Source: Anaerohalosphaeraceae bacterium
GTDB taxonomy: Bacteria > Planctomycetota > Phycisphaerae > Sedimentisphaerales > Anaerohalosphaeraceae
Length of the DNA: 64,000 nucleotides
Assembly: GCA_963675525.2 (NCBI GenBank)
Contig: CAXXSL010000002.1
Coordinates: 1-64,000 of the forward strand
Reading direction: 5' to 3'
The position numbers and the translations under genes are program-made. Shown in pieces: positions 46,550 through 56,716 of the stretch. Every line of letters begins with the position of its first letter. The first letter of the stretch is position 1. A model generated the notes under the pieces. It had not been told where the DNA came from. It saw only the letters and a program-made list of their open reading frames with translations, and searched no databases.

Positions 46550-48028
46550 TTACGTTTTTTTCCATACAACGATTACACAAAACATACAAAGCCCCAATCC
46601 CGGCCCGTGGCCGAAGCGGGCGAAGAGGGTTTTGTTTTTGCGGACAGGCACGTCGGTGATGATGAAGCCGGGGCCGGAGTTGTAATGGTCGAGTTTGGCG
46701 AGGATTTGGCCGCGGGGTGAAATGATCGTGCTGATGCCGCAGGCGGCACCGCGGGCGATGGGGTAGTTGCCTTCGATGGCGCGGGCACGGACGGCCTGCA
46801 GATGGGCATTTTTAATGGTCCACCAGTCGGCGGTTGGGCACAGGACAATATCCGCCTTGAGATTACCATAATAACGAGTCAGCTTGCTGAAGTTGTCGTC
46901 CTGGCAAATCATCGCCCCGATGGTTAAGCGGCCCACCTCGATGGTTTTTAAGTCACCGGTTCCCTTCCGCCCCGGTTCCAGGGGCGTCAGGTAAGTCTTG
47001 GTGTATTCGTGAATGATCTCGCCGCTTGGCGACATGAAGAAGACGCGGTTTTGGTCATCGGTGACATTGAAGTAACCGACGATGAGCCAGAGGTTGTTTG
47101 CTTTGGCGATATTCGCGAATGGTGCAATACGTTCATCCCATTCGTGTCCTGCGATGTAAAAACCCATCTCGCCGGTGGTGAAGATGCGAGCGCCCAGTGC
47201 GGCTGCTTGTCTTGCCGGTGCGGAAAACCATGCTTCGAATCCGTCCGGTTCGTTCGGATTCAGCTCGCTGGTGCGGTCGTCAAAAACCCAGCCCGCGGCG
47301 GCGACTTTTAACGTGTCGGCCGGTTTTTCAATCCAGATGATTGTATTGATGATCATAAAGACAAAGACAATAATAGCAATCGTTATGACAACTCGGGCGG
47401 CACTGTTTCCCGGCGAAGCCGGAAGCAGTGGTTTGCTGAAATTCTTCCATCGCTTCGAGCTTCGCTCGGAAACGATGCCACCCAATATAAACTTTGTTTG
47501 CATGACGTAAACGATTATATACGCGGCCAATCCGGACAGTGTGCCGATAACCAACAAGATGCCGCTGATGCCGGTGATGGAAATAAACTGAATGACGAAT
47601 GGGTAGGCGGTCCAGCTTCGGGCGAATGACTGTGCCAGTCCCCAGATGGGGATGGCGGTGTAATTGACCCAGTCGAGGATGACCCAGACGGCGCCGACGG
47701 CCAGCGGGCCGAAAATGGGATGTTTGGGAAGAAAATACGCGATTGCCATGCAAAGCAGTGTCAGCAAAAGTGTCATCCAAATCAGCAGGATAGCGGTTAC
47801 GGGTACAGGCATCCGCAGATATGCCATTTGTGGAATGGTGTAGGCGATGCCCATATAGAAGCCGCATAGCGCCGCCGGGCCGATGCGGCGGTCTTTGAGA
47901 ACCAGCAGCATCAACGGCACAAGCGCAACCAGTTGCAAAAGGCACGCCGGCCCCCAAAACTGCCCGGCCGCCAGCAACAATCCTCCAACAACTCCGGCCA
48001 ATCGATAACGATGTAAATTCATCTTCAT
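46550..48028 (-). CDS. Apolipoprotein N-acyltransferase-like protein (TM domain + nitrilase domain)
   Basis: N-terminal TM helices; nitrilase triad TGE / YTKTYL / ICQD; RARAIE; ATG 48028 behind AAGGAGG. Confidence 0.8.
   Translation of the reverse strand: MKMNLHRYRLAGVVGGLLLAAGQFWGPACLLQLVALVPLMLLVLKDRRIGPAALCGFYMGIAYTIPQMAYLRMPVPVTAILLIWMTLLLTLLCMAIAYFLPKHPIFGPLAVGAVWVILDWVNYTAIPIWGLAQSFARSWTAYPFVIQFISITGISGILLVIGTLSGLAAYIIVYVMQTKFILGGIVSERSSKRWKNFSKPLLPASPGNSAARVVITIAIIVFVFMIINTIIWIEKPADTLKVAAAGWVFDDRTSELNPNEPDGFEAWFSAPARQAAALGARIFTTGEMGFYIAGHEWDERIAPFANIAKANNLWLIVGYFNVTDDQNRVFFMSPSGEIIHEYTKTYLTPLEPGRKGTGDLKTIEVGRLTIGAMICQDDNFSKLTRYYGNLKADIVLCPTADWWTIKNAHLQAVRARAIEGNYPIARGAACGISTIISPRGQILAKLDHYNSGPGFIITDVPVRKNKTLFARFGHGPGLGLCMFCVIVVWKKT
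47395..47483. repeat. Inverted REP-like hairpin doublet inside the lnt-like CDS
   Basis: Plus strand GGGCGG-CACTGTTTCCCGGC-GAA-GCCGGAAGCAGTG; minus strand GGGTGG-CATCGTTTCCGAGC-GAA-GCTCGAAGCGATG. Confidence 0.7.
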
Positions 48029-48053
48029 GGCAACCTCCTTTCTGTTTCTCAAT

Positions 48054-48107
48054 ATCATTCCGAGCGAAGTCGAGGAATCTATTTCAACAGTTATCGCCGA
48101 AGGCGAT
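48054..48107 (+). repeat. Intergenic REP-like palindromic sequences
   Basis: TCATTCCGAGCGAAGTCGAGGAATCT and the hairpin ATCGCC-GAA-GGCGAT. Confidence 0.5.
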
Positions 48108-48122
48108 TCCTTAATTTGTTTT

Positions 48123-49070
48123 TCAATTCGTATACACTCGAACCATCTCCTGCAGAAATAATCGGCGGATGGCATCAAAGCCACGCAGGTTCGGATCTTC
48201 CAGGTTATAGTAGTACCAAAAATGTGGATCGTCTTTGTGATAATGTTTTCGCCAGAATTCATCGCAGTGAATACCGTGCCCCAGAAACTCCGAATGAATG
48301 TCGACCAGATGCACATTGGGGTATTGCTCACAGAGTTCGGCGATTTTCTGATTAGTCAGCCCCAGCACTTTGACACAGGCCCTCCATCGCGGCAGGCCCA
48401 TCGTTTGCGGGTCGCCCGCGCCGTCGGTCGGGTCGTAGATATTGGCGAAAAAGATATCACAGCCGCCGGGGAATTTTTGCATCACGCCTGTCAGCAGTGT
48501 ATCCAGTCTATTCTTTAGTAACTCGCACCATTCCTGCCCCTGCTTGTATGTGCAGCCGTACATGGCATCGTGTTGCGGTTCACTTCGGCCATAATCATGA
48601 ATCAGGTCATTACCGCCTGAGGTGATGACGATGATGCCGTGAACGGTTTCGTCATATTGGGGCGTTTTCGCCAGCTGCCGGTCGATGTGTTCCTGTGAAA
48701 CTGTGTAATCCTGTGCATAATTGCGGTATGATTGAATGGTCATAACGTGCGAGAGGTCTTTGCCGGCCATGTCAGGATAGAAGGCGTCGTCGTTATTTAT
48801 CAATAGAGGGAAATATGTCAGGTACATGGGAGCACCGAGGCCGCGGGTAATGCTGTCTCCGATGCCGACAAAGACGACGGGTTTGTCCAGCCATTGTTCT
48901 TGGAAAGCTTCAGTAGCAATGGCCGGACCGGCTGGGCCGGTGCCCATCGGGCGAGTGCGGACGGCATTGTAAAGCCGACAGCCGAAATAACCGGCAAACA
49001 GGATGATGATGAGCAGGCACAGGAAAATCACCCGCAGTCGTAACTTGTACCATTTGGGCTTGGTTTTCAT
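48123..49070 (-). CDS. SGNH/GDSL hydrolase with N-terminal membrane anchor
   Basis: GIGDSITRG, SGGNDL, ANIYDP, DPN..G (catalytic His not evident). Confidence 0.8.
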   Translation of the reverse strand: MKTKPKWYKLRLRVIFLCLLIIILFAGYFGCRLYNAVRTRPMGTGPAGPAIATEAFQEQWLDKPVVFVGIGDSITRGLGAPMYLTYFPLLINNDDAFYPDMAGKDLSHVMTIQSYRNYAQDYTVSQEHIDRQLAKTPQYDETVHGIIVITSGGNDLIHDYGRSEPQHDAMYGCTYKQGQEWCELLKNRLDTLLTGVMQKFPGGCDIFFANIYDPTDGAGDPQTMGLPRWRACVKVLGLTNQKIAELCEQYPNVHLVDIHSEFLGHGIHCDEFWRKHYHKDDPHFWYYYNLEDPNLRGFDAIRRLFLQEMVRVYTN

Positions 49071-49099
49071 GGCAATCTCCTTTCTGGCTACTAGTATAT

Positions 49100-49115
49100 A
49101 GTTTATATATTAACT
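49100..49115. promoter_or_regulatory. Putative MarR operator, copy 2, upstream of the SGNH gene
   Basis: AGTTTATATATTAACT, 1 mismatch to the perfect palindrome at 49630. Confidence 0.6.
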
Positions 49116-49137
49116 GATTGTTCAAAAAAATTTTTCG

Positions 49138-49599
49138 TTACAGGTTTTTTCGGATTTTGCCGCAGGCTTTGATGAGCGTCTGCAGGTCGGTTTTGTTCAG
49201 CACGCCCATGACTTTCTGGACTTTTTTCGCATAGGCGGCGTCGGCTTTTTGGAGCAGTTTTTGCCCTTTTTGTGTCAATTGAATCATGTTGTAGCGGCGA
49301 TCTTCGGCGGCCGTCCGCCGGACGAAGCGGGCTTTTTCCAGACGGTCTATGAGGCCGGTGATGTTGGCGCGGTTGACGAGCATCATCTCCGACAGGCGTG
49401 CCTGGCTAAGTCCTTCGGTGCCGCCGTGGCAACTGAGCAGCAGCATCAGGTTGAACTGCACATCGGTCAATCCGTAAGGGGCGAAGAACTCGGCGGCGTG
49501 TTTTTTCAGGCAGATGGTGGTGTAGTACAGGTTGAGCAGGGCCTCATGCTCGACACTGACGAAATCCTTGCTCAGATTTAATTCTTCTTTCAGACCCAT
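49138..49599 (-). CDS. MarR family transcriptional regulator
   Basis: GLTDVQFNLM, LSQARLS, NITGLIDRLEK..VRR..EDRR...LTQKG. Confidence 0.9.
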   Translation of the reverse strand: MGLKEELNLSKDFVSVEHEALLNLYYTTICLKKHAAEFFAPYGLTDVQFNLMLLLSCHGGTEGLSQARLSEMMLVNRANITGLIDRLEKARFVRRTAAEDRRYNMIQLTQKGQKLLQKADAAYAKKVQKVMGVLNKTDLQTLIKACGKIRKNL

Positions 49600-49629
49600 G
49601 GAAAAACTCCATTTATTGACATTAAAACA

Positions 49630-49671
49630 AGTTTATATATAAACTATACACCTATGTATCGGTTGTGTCAA
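49630..49671 (-). promoter_or_regulatory. marR promoter with overlapping palindromic operator
   Basis: TTGACA (49671-49666), 17 bp, TATAGT (49648-49643); perfect palindrome AGTTTATATATAAACT at 49630-49645. Confidence 0.7.
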
Positions 49672-49787
49672 GGGGTTTTGTGAATTTATTCTGAAAAATA
49701 TCCTGTCGCCCCTCCGGGGCTTATTGGGGTGTGATGGGAGACGGCTGTTTCTTTGTCCATATCGTCTCTTGGCAGAGGCTTAGGATT

Positions 49788-49905
49788 TTATGGACTTTTC
49801 TGTTTTTTGATGTCCATGTCGAGTTTCCAGATTTGTTTCTGGGTGCGGTAGATGACGACGGTGATGCCGAGCCGGAAGCCGATAACGATGTAAGTTCGTC
49901 TTCAT
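49788..49905 (-). pseudogene. Chimeric junction: 5' stub of an lnt-like gene fused to a 3' stub of the CDP-alcohol phosphotransferase gene
   Basis: 49880-49905 matches 48003-48028 at 24/26 nt. 49788-49892 encodes YIVIGFRLGITVVIYRTQKQIWKLDMDIKKQKSP*, against YIFIAFWLGIAIVIYRTQKRIWKLDMDIKQQENS* in the 54237 gene. Confidence 0.75.
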
Positions 49906-49930
49906 AGTATGTTCCTTATTCTTCTATGAA

Positions 49931-52011
49931 TCAGTTTGTAATGACATCCACTTCGGCATAGCCGATGTTACTGTTGCCTTCCGTATTTCTCAAAGCGCGT
50001 AGCTTGATATAGCGGGCTTTTTCAGGCGCAAACTTTTTATTTTGCCACAAAGGATTGTTTTTAATGTTGGAGAATTCACCCTGGCTTACCAGTTTCCATT
50101 CAACATTGTCATTCGAAACGTAAAACTGATAATCCGTAATGATGCCGGGACCCCACAAGCCCTGGTCCGGGAAGTATCTGAAACCACACAGATATTGTTG
50201 CTTTCCCAAATCGATAACCAAATCGATGGGCATTCTTTTGTTTTCGCCTTGATGCCATACCGTAGATGTGTTTCCGTCCAGGATCGCATAAGACTTTTTA
50301 TTGTCAATTCCCACAATTTTCCAATCCTTTCGGGGCAGGTCGAATTGTTCGTGACATACAGGGCTGCTTTTGCCCGATGCCGGTTCGTATGCAATAGCGC
50401 TTACCTGGACTTTTGCCTTCGGTTTGAAAAGGACCGGTGTATGTTTTCGACTCCGGCGTCGGTATGCTTGCGTCCATGGAATAGTAAACAACCGATTCCC
50501 TGTCAGCCGGAGTGATGATGATTTCACCGGATTGATTCCTGATGATGGAGGGAGACGTAAGGATTTGCGGTGCATTGTAAATCCCGATATTGGAAATGAC
50601 CGGACAGCTCTTCGAATCGGTGATACTGAAACGAAGCTGTGTTGCCTCGACCGTCGGAAAACGAAGGATACGCTTGTATCCGATCGTGGTTGCCTTTGCC
50701 AGTTCTTTCCAGCTTCCGTCAACAAGGGCCTCAACCGTAAAAGCTTTCACGCGTTGTCCCAACCGGATATATTCCTGCGCCAGGAAACGGTTTAATGTGG
50801 TCGGTTTGCCGAAGTCGACGGTCAATGACGCTTTTGTTACGCCGTCGTCAGCAGCCCAATAGGTATCTTTGTTACCGTCGATGGCCCTGGCTGCTCCAAA
50901 TTCATCTGCATTGCCGCGAACATTCGACGCTGCAATCTCCGTTTTCTCGGCCAGGTTGACTGCAAATGATTCCTTCACGGCTTTGGCAAGATCAAGTACT
51001 GCTTTTTCGTCATTTTTATGGATCAGGCCGTTTGGCATGATCGGGAAATTGAGAAGCAAGGTGCCGTTACGTCCAATGGAGTTGTAGTAAGTATCTATTA
51101 ATTGAGGCAGCGTTTTGACCTTGGTATCTTCGCTCCGGTGGTAGAACCATTCCGGCCTGATGGACGTATTGACTTCGGCCGGCACCCACGAGTCCCCGTT
51201 TTCCACACCGTAATGCAGCATGTTATACGGGACTTCCCCCGTGGCGTTGAGCAAACTCCAGTTGGTTTCGCCAACCGATCCGCCTTCGGTTCCCACCCAG
51301 CGAAGATCGGCCCGGTCGCCCCCATCGTTCCATATCACGATATCGGGTTGTAGCTTGCGAATCATCTTGTAGGTATTGCTCCAGTCGTAATAGGTGCTAC
51401 GGTCGATTTTTCGGTTTTCATCGGCTCCGCCATAATACCCCGTACCTCCGTTGGCCCCGTCAAACCACACTTCGAAAATGGGGCCGTAGTTAGTGAGCAG
51501 CTCAGTCAGTTGATTCCGAAAGTAGGTGATATATTCAGGTTTACCATAATCGGGGTGGTTCCTGTCCCAGGGGGACAAATAGATTCCCAGTTTTAAGCCG
51601 TATTCTTTACAAGCATCGGCCATTTCGCGAACCACGTCCCCCTTGCCGTCGCGCCAGGGAGAGTTTTTTACGGAATACTCGGTGTATTCAGAAGGCCAAA
51701 CGCAAAAACCGCAGTGATGTTTGGCGGTCAGGATGATGCCTTTCATCCCGGCTTCTTTGCAAATACGGGCCCACTGACGCAGTCCAATTCCGTTGGATTA
51801 AACAGATTGACATCTTCATTTCCATACCCCACGACTGATCCGTATAGGTATTCAATGAGAAATGGACGAAGGCATAGTATTCCATTTCCTGCCATCTCAA
51901 TTGATTTTCCGAGGGAACAGGACTACAAGGGGCGGGAGAGTTTGTCTGGGCAGAGCTAAAGCCGATTAAACAGACAGAGAGTATGATCCCGCATAAAAAA
52001 TGTCTATTCAT
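49931..52011 (-). pseudogene. Alpha-L-fucosidase (GH29) with F5/8-type C domains, about 3 frameshifts
   Basis: QLRWQ..E..AFVHF, LTAKHHCGF..WPS, YLSPWDRN, EVWFDGA, LLLN; ORFs 51688..52146, 50304..51746 and 49931..50734 join. Confidence 0.85.
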
Positions 52012-52012
52012 G

Positions 52013-54067
52013 TTATTCCTTTTCGTTGATTTCAATGAACTCCGGTTCATAGGGTGCAATCGTGATGCTGCCTTTGTAATCCTTTTCGTAAAGTATACTC
52101 TGAGAATTTCCGTTGGTTGGAATTTCTTTTGGTTCATCGCTGACATTCAGATACAGGAAATGGGTTTTATCTATCTGTCTGGCCATAACGCCCGATGGGG
52201 CCGCAGGCCCTTTTTTGATCCTCAATTCATCGATCAGGTCGTCAAGCAAAGCGCCAAGCACCTCGCCTTTCGCGGGCAACCCAACGTAAATGGCCCGGCC
52301 TTTGCCATACTGGTTCGATGTCATGGCGGGGATAATCTTTATCCAGGCTGGTAATGCGGCCAAGAACTTCAGCCCCTTTGGGGTCAACAATATCAAACCT
52401 TGTCGATTCCGTGTTGATGGTTTTTCCTTTGTAAGTAAGCTCAAGCTTTTTGCCCTTATAGGACTTCCTTGAAATTTCGTTCATGGCTTCTGTTTCTTCG
52501 AAGCCTCCCAGGCGTATGCCAAACACATCGCTTAACATGCCCGGACGGGCAGACGAAAAGACTTGCCCGGTCGTATCCACGATGGCCGAATTACTGGTCA
52601 TCACGACCGTACCGCCGTTTTTAACAAAATCACGAATCTTAGCGGCCGTTACTTCATCCATCACCGCGACACCGGGAACGAACAGTAATTTATAATCTAA
52701 TGAACTGCGGGTGATTTCCACGATGCGCGAATCCATGTTGCGCCAGTAAAACAGATCCCAGCAGGTTTGTAATTGGTTTTCATGCTGCTCCGGGAAATAC
52801 TTACTGGCAATTTGGCTGGGAAACGAAAAGGCCAGTCCCACTTCTGCCTTCAGTTGATAGGGAAAGAATTTTTCGATTTTCTTGAACTCCGTAGCGATTT
52901 GCTTGTATTCATCATACTTGCGGTTTGGAACACCGTCCCAGTCCACCATGCCGATCAAATATTGTTCCTCGCCGGCCCACATGCTCTGCCAGGTCCAGCC
53001 GCACACCATCTGGTTACCATACATCAATGATGCATAAGCCGATTTTCGGATGGAATTGGGTACGGCGGTCATGGTGGTAAATTCGCTGCACCAGAAAGGG
53101 TTGGTGCTTTCGAACTGGATACGGAGATACCAAACGCGGCATTCATGACGCCCCAATTGGTCGTTAATGAAAGCCCGGGATAAAAACCACACCCTTCGCG
53201 TGTCATTTTTCCTGAATAAGCTATTTGGGAATAGTCAAAATATTTCGATGCGCTGTAATACCAGGCATTGGTGTTGGTCAAGGCCTGAGGGGCATTGGTG
53301 TTGACGACATCGAGCACCTTAAAAAGAAGCTGATTGATTTCATCCGACACAAAACACCTGAAATCGAGCATCTTTTCCGGCATATCGTTACTATTTATCC
53401 CCGGGGGCAAGCCAATTTCATCCCATTGGTTAATCCTGCGCGACCAGCGCTGGGTTGCCCATGCCATGTTGAGCTTATCAATGGTTGAATATTTATTCTT
53501 CAACCATGCGATGAAACGCTGCCTGGCTGTTTCGGAATAGGAAATACGTCCATCACCTGATTCGTTATCGATACCAAAGGCCAGCAATGCCGGATGGTTG
53601 GCATAGTGTTGGGTTATCGCATCGGCAAACCGCAAGGCATATTTCTGGTACATTGGGTCACCGATGTCTTCCATGTAGCGATGGTTTGGGTATTGTATGT
53701 CGCCGTTTTCATCAACAATATCAATGGAAGGATACTTGTGATGCAGCCAGATGGGTGCAGGCCGGATGGCGATATCCAGGATCACCTCAATTCCGGCCTC
53801 ATGCATCATATCCATGACTTCATCAAACCAATCGAAATTAAACTGCCCTTCAGCCGGTTCGTAGCTGTCCCATGCCAAATGGCCCATTCGAACCACATTG
53901 AACCCGGCGGCTTTCATCAATGCAATATCGGTTTTGATCTTTTCCATTTTCTTATTGTCATGAGGATGATAATTGGCACCGACATACAACCCTTGTGCCT
54001 GCAATAACACACTCAATTTGAAAAGAATCGCCATGGAAAACAGAATCGTGTATTTCTTTGTTTTCAT
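52013..54067 (-). pseudogene. Beta-galactosidase (GH42), at least 2 frameshifts
   Basis: GANYHP, MKAAGFNVVRMG..AW...EP.EG.F.F.W.D, IDNE, GEEQY, trimerisation domain; ORFs 53069..54067, 52242..53192 and 52013..52444 join. Confidence 0.85.
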
Positions 54068-54236
54068 AATTTCAACCTCAATACCAATGGATTCAATACA
54101 AGATTAATTAAAGGGAAGTATCTCTGGAGCACCCGGCTTGAGCAAACGCACATCATAAAGCCCTTGTACGTCTTCAAAAGCGTTGAGATAGATTAACATT
54201 TTCGTTTCGTTTTCGTTATTTTACTGTTTACTTTTT

Positions 54237-54917
54237 TCATGAATTTTCCTGTTGTTTGATGTCCATGTCGAGTTTCCAGATTCGTTTTTGGGTGCGGTAG
54301 ATGACAATGGCGATGCCGAGCCAGAAGGCGATGAAGATATAGGGCAGGCTCTTTTGGAGCCAGGTTGTGCCGAAGAAGGTAATCGCGGCGTTGAGGAGGA
54401 TAAAGTACAGGCGCATTTCGGTGGGGCCGGTGGCGAGATACGCGATTTTAAACTCGTTGGTTGCGCCGAAGGACAGAAAGGCGTTGACCATCAGGCAGCC
54501 CATGCCCAGCGACATAAACCACATGAGTTTATTGTGAACACCGTCGAACAGGTACGCCCAGCCGATGAAGACTGAACACATGAAGACGAAGTCGAGGAAA
54601 TGGTCCATGAAGAAGCCCCACTTAACGAGGCCGGTGTTTTTGTGGCGGCCGATGGCCCCGTCGAAACAATCGGTAAACCACTGCAGGAAAATCATCGCCG
54701 AAGACGCCCACAGCCAGTGCCGGTTTCCTGTTTTGCCTGCCAGGTACCCGAAAACAATCATCCCGATGCTCCACGGGACGGTCAGCATCGTCAACTGCCA
54801 CGTTTCGACCCATGCGGGAAACTTCGGCGTCAGCCACTGGATGAATCGTTTTTCCGGTGCTGACAGCAAAGTCTTCATCGGGGCTTTTTTATCACATCCT
54901 TGTGTGTCATTGCTCAT
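54237..54917 (-). CDS. CDP-alcohol phosphatidyltransferase family protein
   Basis: DCFDGAIGR....GFFMDHFLD signature. Confidence 0.88.
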   Translation of the reverse strand: MSNDTQGCDKKAPMKTLLSAPEKRFIQWLTPKFPAWVETWQLTMLTVPWSIGMIVFGYLAGKTGNRHWLWASSAMIFLQWFTDCFDGAIGRHKNTGLVKWGFFMDHFLDFVFMCSVFIGWAYLFDGVHNKLMWFMSLGMGCLMVNAFLSFGATNEFKIAYLATGPTEMRLYFILLNAAITFFGTTWLQKSLPYIFIAFWLGIAIVIYRTQKRIWKLDMDIKQQENS

Positions 54918-54920
54918 TGT

Positions 54921-55400
54921 TTACCTCACAGGAGTCGATTGATGTGCATGCAGTATTTTCCAGCCGTCGGGCGTTAAGGTAAATATCGCCGTTTCGCAGA
55001 ATGGGGTTGTAAATTCCCGCCCGTCATTCGTCTGCGCGGTCGACATTCCGGATGCCTTTAGCAGGACTTTATCCGGGGACAAAACCTCGATGACTTCCGG
55101 GTCAAATTGATATTCGAGTTTTGCGATGTTGACGAGTCCGTTTTTGGTATAGTTGAAGGCGTGCTGTCGGCTATGGTGAAACAGACCGTTCTGGATGATG
55201 ACCCCTTCGTTATCAAGGATATATGAAAACATTGCTTCTACGTCCCTGTTTTCGGTGGCCCGGATCATCTGGTGCTGCACTTCGAGGACTTCTTGTTTGA
55301 TTCGGCTGCGGTCTGTATCGGTCAATTTTTGGGATGGCAGACAGGACGACAGAAATACCAACGACAAACTCATTAAGACACAACAATATTTCGTTTTCAT
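54921..55400 (-). CDS. SnoaL/NTF2-like lipoprotein (DUF4440-like)
   Basis: Lipobox LSSC; GWKILHAHQS C-terminus. Confidence 0.75.
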   Translation of the reverse strand: MKTKYCCVLMSLSLVFLSSCLPSQKLTDTDRSRIKQEVLEVQHQMIRATENRDVEAMFSYILDNEGVIIQNGLFHHSRQHAFNYTKNGLVNIAKLEYQFDPEVIEVLSPDKVLLKASGMSTAQTNDGREFTTPFCETAIFTLTPDGWKILHAHQSTPVR

Positions 55401-55453
55401 ACGACTCCCATTCTAATTGTGATATTAAATGTTCGTTCTCAATTTCTTGAAAA

Positions 55454-56056
55454 TTAATTGTTTCCTTTATCTTCAAAGTGCACAAAATCGATCAGAAAAA
55501 CTGCGCCGAGGAGAACGGCTTTGGCCTCATTGGGCCAGTCGGCGGGAAAGGTGACGCCGAAATTATCCGCATCGGTAAAGCTTTCTTTGAGCAGGCCGGA
55601 CCATTTTTTGGTGATCTTGCCGAGAATCTGCTGGCCCTGGCGGATTTCGAATGTCCAGGGGTGCAGAATCGGTCCGAACAGTTCAAGCAATTCATTTCCC
55701 TGCGCATCATAGACCGTATATTTGCGTCTGAGCAGGGTGAATCGCCGCTGGATGCGGCCGAGCATCTGCCCGGAAGGGGTCAGGATGTGCAGTTCGCGGA
55801 AATAAAACCGAAACGGGCTTTTCAGGTTCATCACCAGTTTATTGCCGGGATTGACAACGGCAATTTCGAACGGGCGCCATGCTTTTAGAAACATGCGAAC
55901 CAGGAAATTGCCGCCGACTTCCGCGGCATAGTAAAGCTGTTGTCCGGCGGCATTATGGATGGCGTATCTGTTTTTGGTTTCAAAGCCCGTGAGAATCTCG
56001 CCCCATTCTTTGATTTGCTGAATGACCAAAGAATCCGTTCCGGTTAGTGTCTCCAT
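55454..56056 (-). CDS. Phospholipid scramblase / LURP-one-like (tubby-fold) protein
   Basis: GFETKNRY, RPFEI, GKITKKWSG..KE.FTDADNFGVTFP...KAVLLGAVFLIDF. Confidence 0.8.
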   Translation of the reverse strand: METLTGTDSLVIQQIKEWGEILTGFETKNRYAIHNAAGQQLYYAAEVGGNFLVRMFLKAWRPFEIAVVNPGNKLVMNLKSPFRFYFRELHILTPSGQMLGRIQRRFTLLRRKYTVYDAQGNELLELFGPILHPWTFEIRQGQQILGKITKKWSGLLKESFTDADNFGVTFPADWPNEAKAVLLGAVFLIDFVHFEDKGNN

Positions 56057-56233
56057 TCTGCTGTCTCCTGTGAAAAAGGATCTAATTACATTTTCCATTT
56101 TCTATAATTTAAGATTATTCACGAGAATTCTCAACAAAAAAGGGCACAGAGGCGAGAATTTATCGTTTATTGACGTAGGGCAGCCGGAGCAGTAAAATGA
56201 CTGAAAAGCGGCCCTGAAAAGAAGGAAAATGCG

Positions 56234-56716
56234 ATGACAAAACAGATTTCCGAAGAACGTAAAAGCATGTACAACGCCGGGCTGGTGATGATGGTCATCG
56301 GCGGGTGTTTGTTCGCGCTGCCGTTTCTGGCGATACCAATCGTCATTATTGCCGGGATGCTCAATGTCGAGGGGGTTCTCAGCGACGGGCCGGGTAAGTG
56401 GGTGATTCTCGTCCCGGTAGCCTTTGTTGCGGCGTTTGTCGGCTTCGGTCTGATTGTCGCCGGCGGGGCGATGCGGGGTGTCGCGGCGCGGGGAACGGCG
56501 GGGTCGGGACTGGTGCTGGATCCGGAAAAGGCCCGCGAAGACCTGAAGCCGTGGACGGGTATGGCCGGGGGCATGGTCAAGGATGTGCTGGATGAGGCGG
56601 ATATCGATTTGGGCGGTTCACAGCCGCAAAAAGTGGTGATGATCCGCTGTCAGGCCTGCAAAAAACTCAACGAGGAAGACTCGAAATTTTGCCAGGAATG
56701 TGGAAACCCCTTATAA
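56234..56716 (+). CDS. Two-TM protein with C-terminal zinc ribbon
   Basis: Two hydrophobic helices; CQAC...N..DSKFCQECG. Confidence 0.8.
   Translation: MTKQISEERKSMYNAGLVMMVIGGCLFALPFLAIPIVIIAGMLNVEGVLSDGPGKWVILVPVAFVAAFVGFGLIVAGGAMRGVAARGTAGSGLVLDPEKAREDLKPWTGMAGGMVKDVLDEADIDLGGSQPQKVVMIRCQACKKLNEEDSKFCQECGNPL

Noticed and set aside
48029..48331. 101-aa N-terminal extension of the lnt-like ORF
   Set aside because: Overlaps the SGNH gene and REP-like DNA; a strong RBS supports ATG 48028
49704..49722. GCCCC-TCC-GGGGC hairpin
   Set aside because: Single short REP-like hairpin with no partner or U-tail; too little evidence to call
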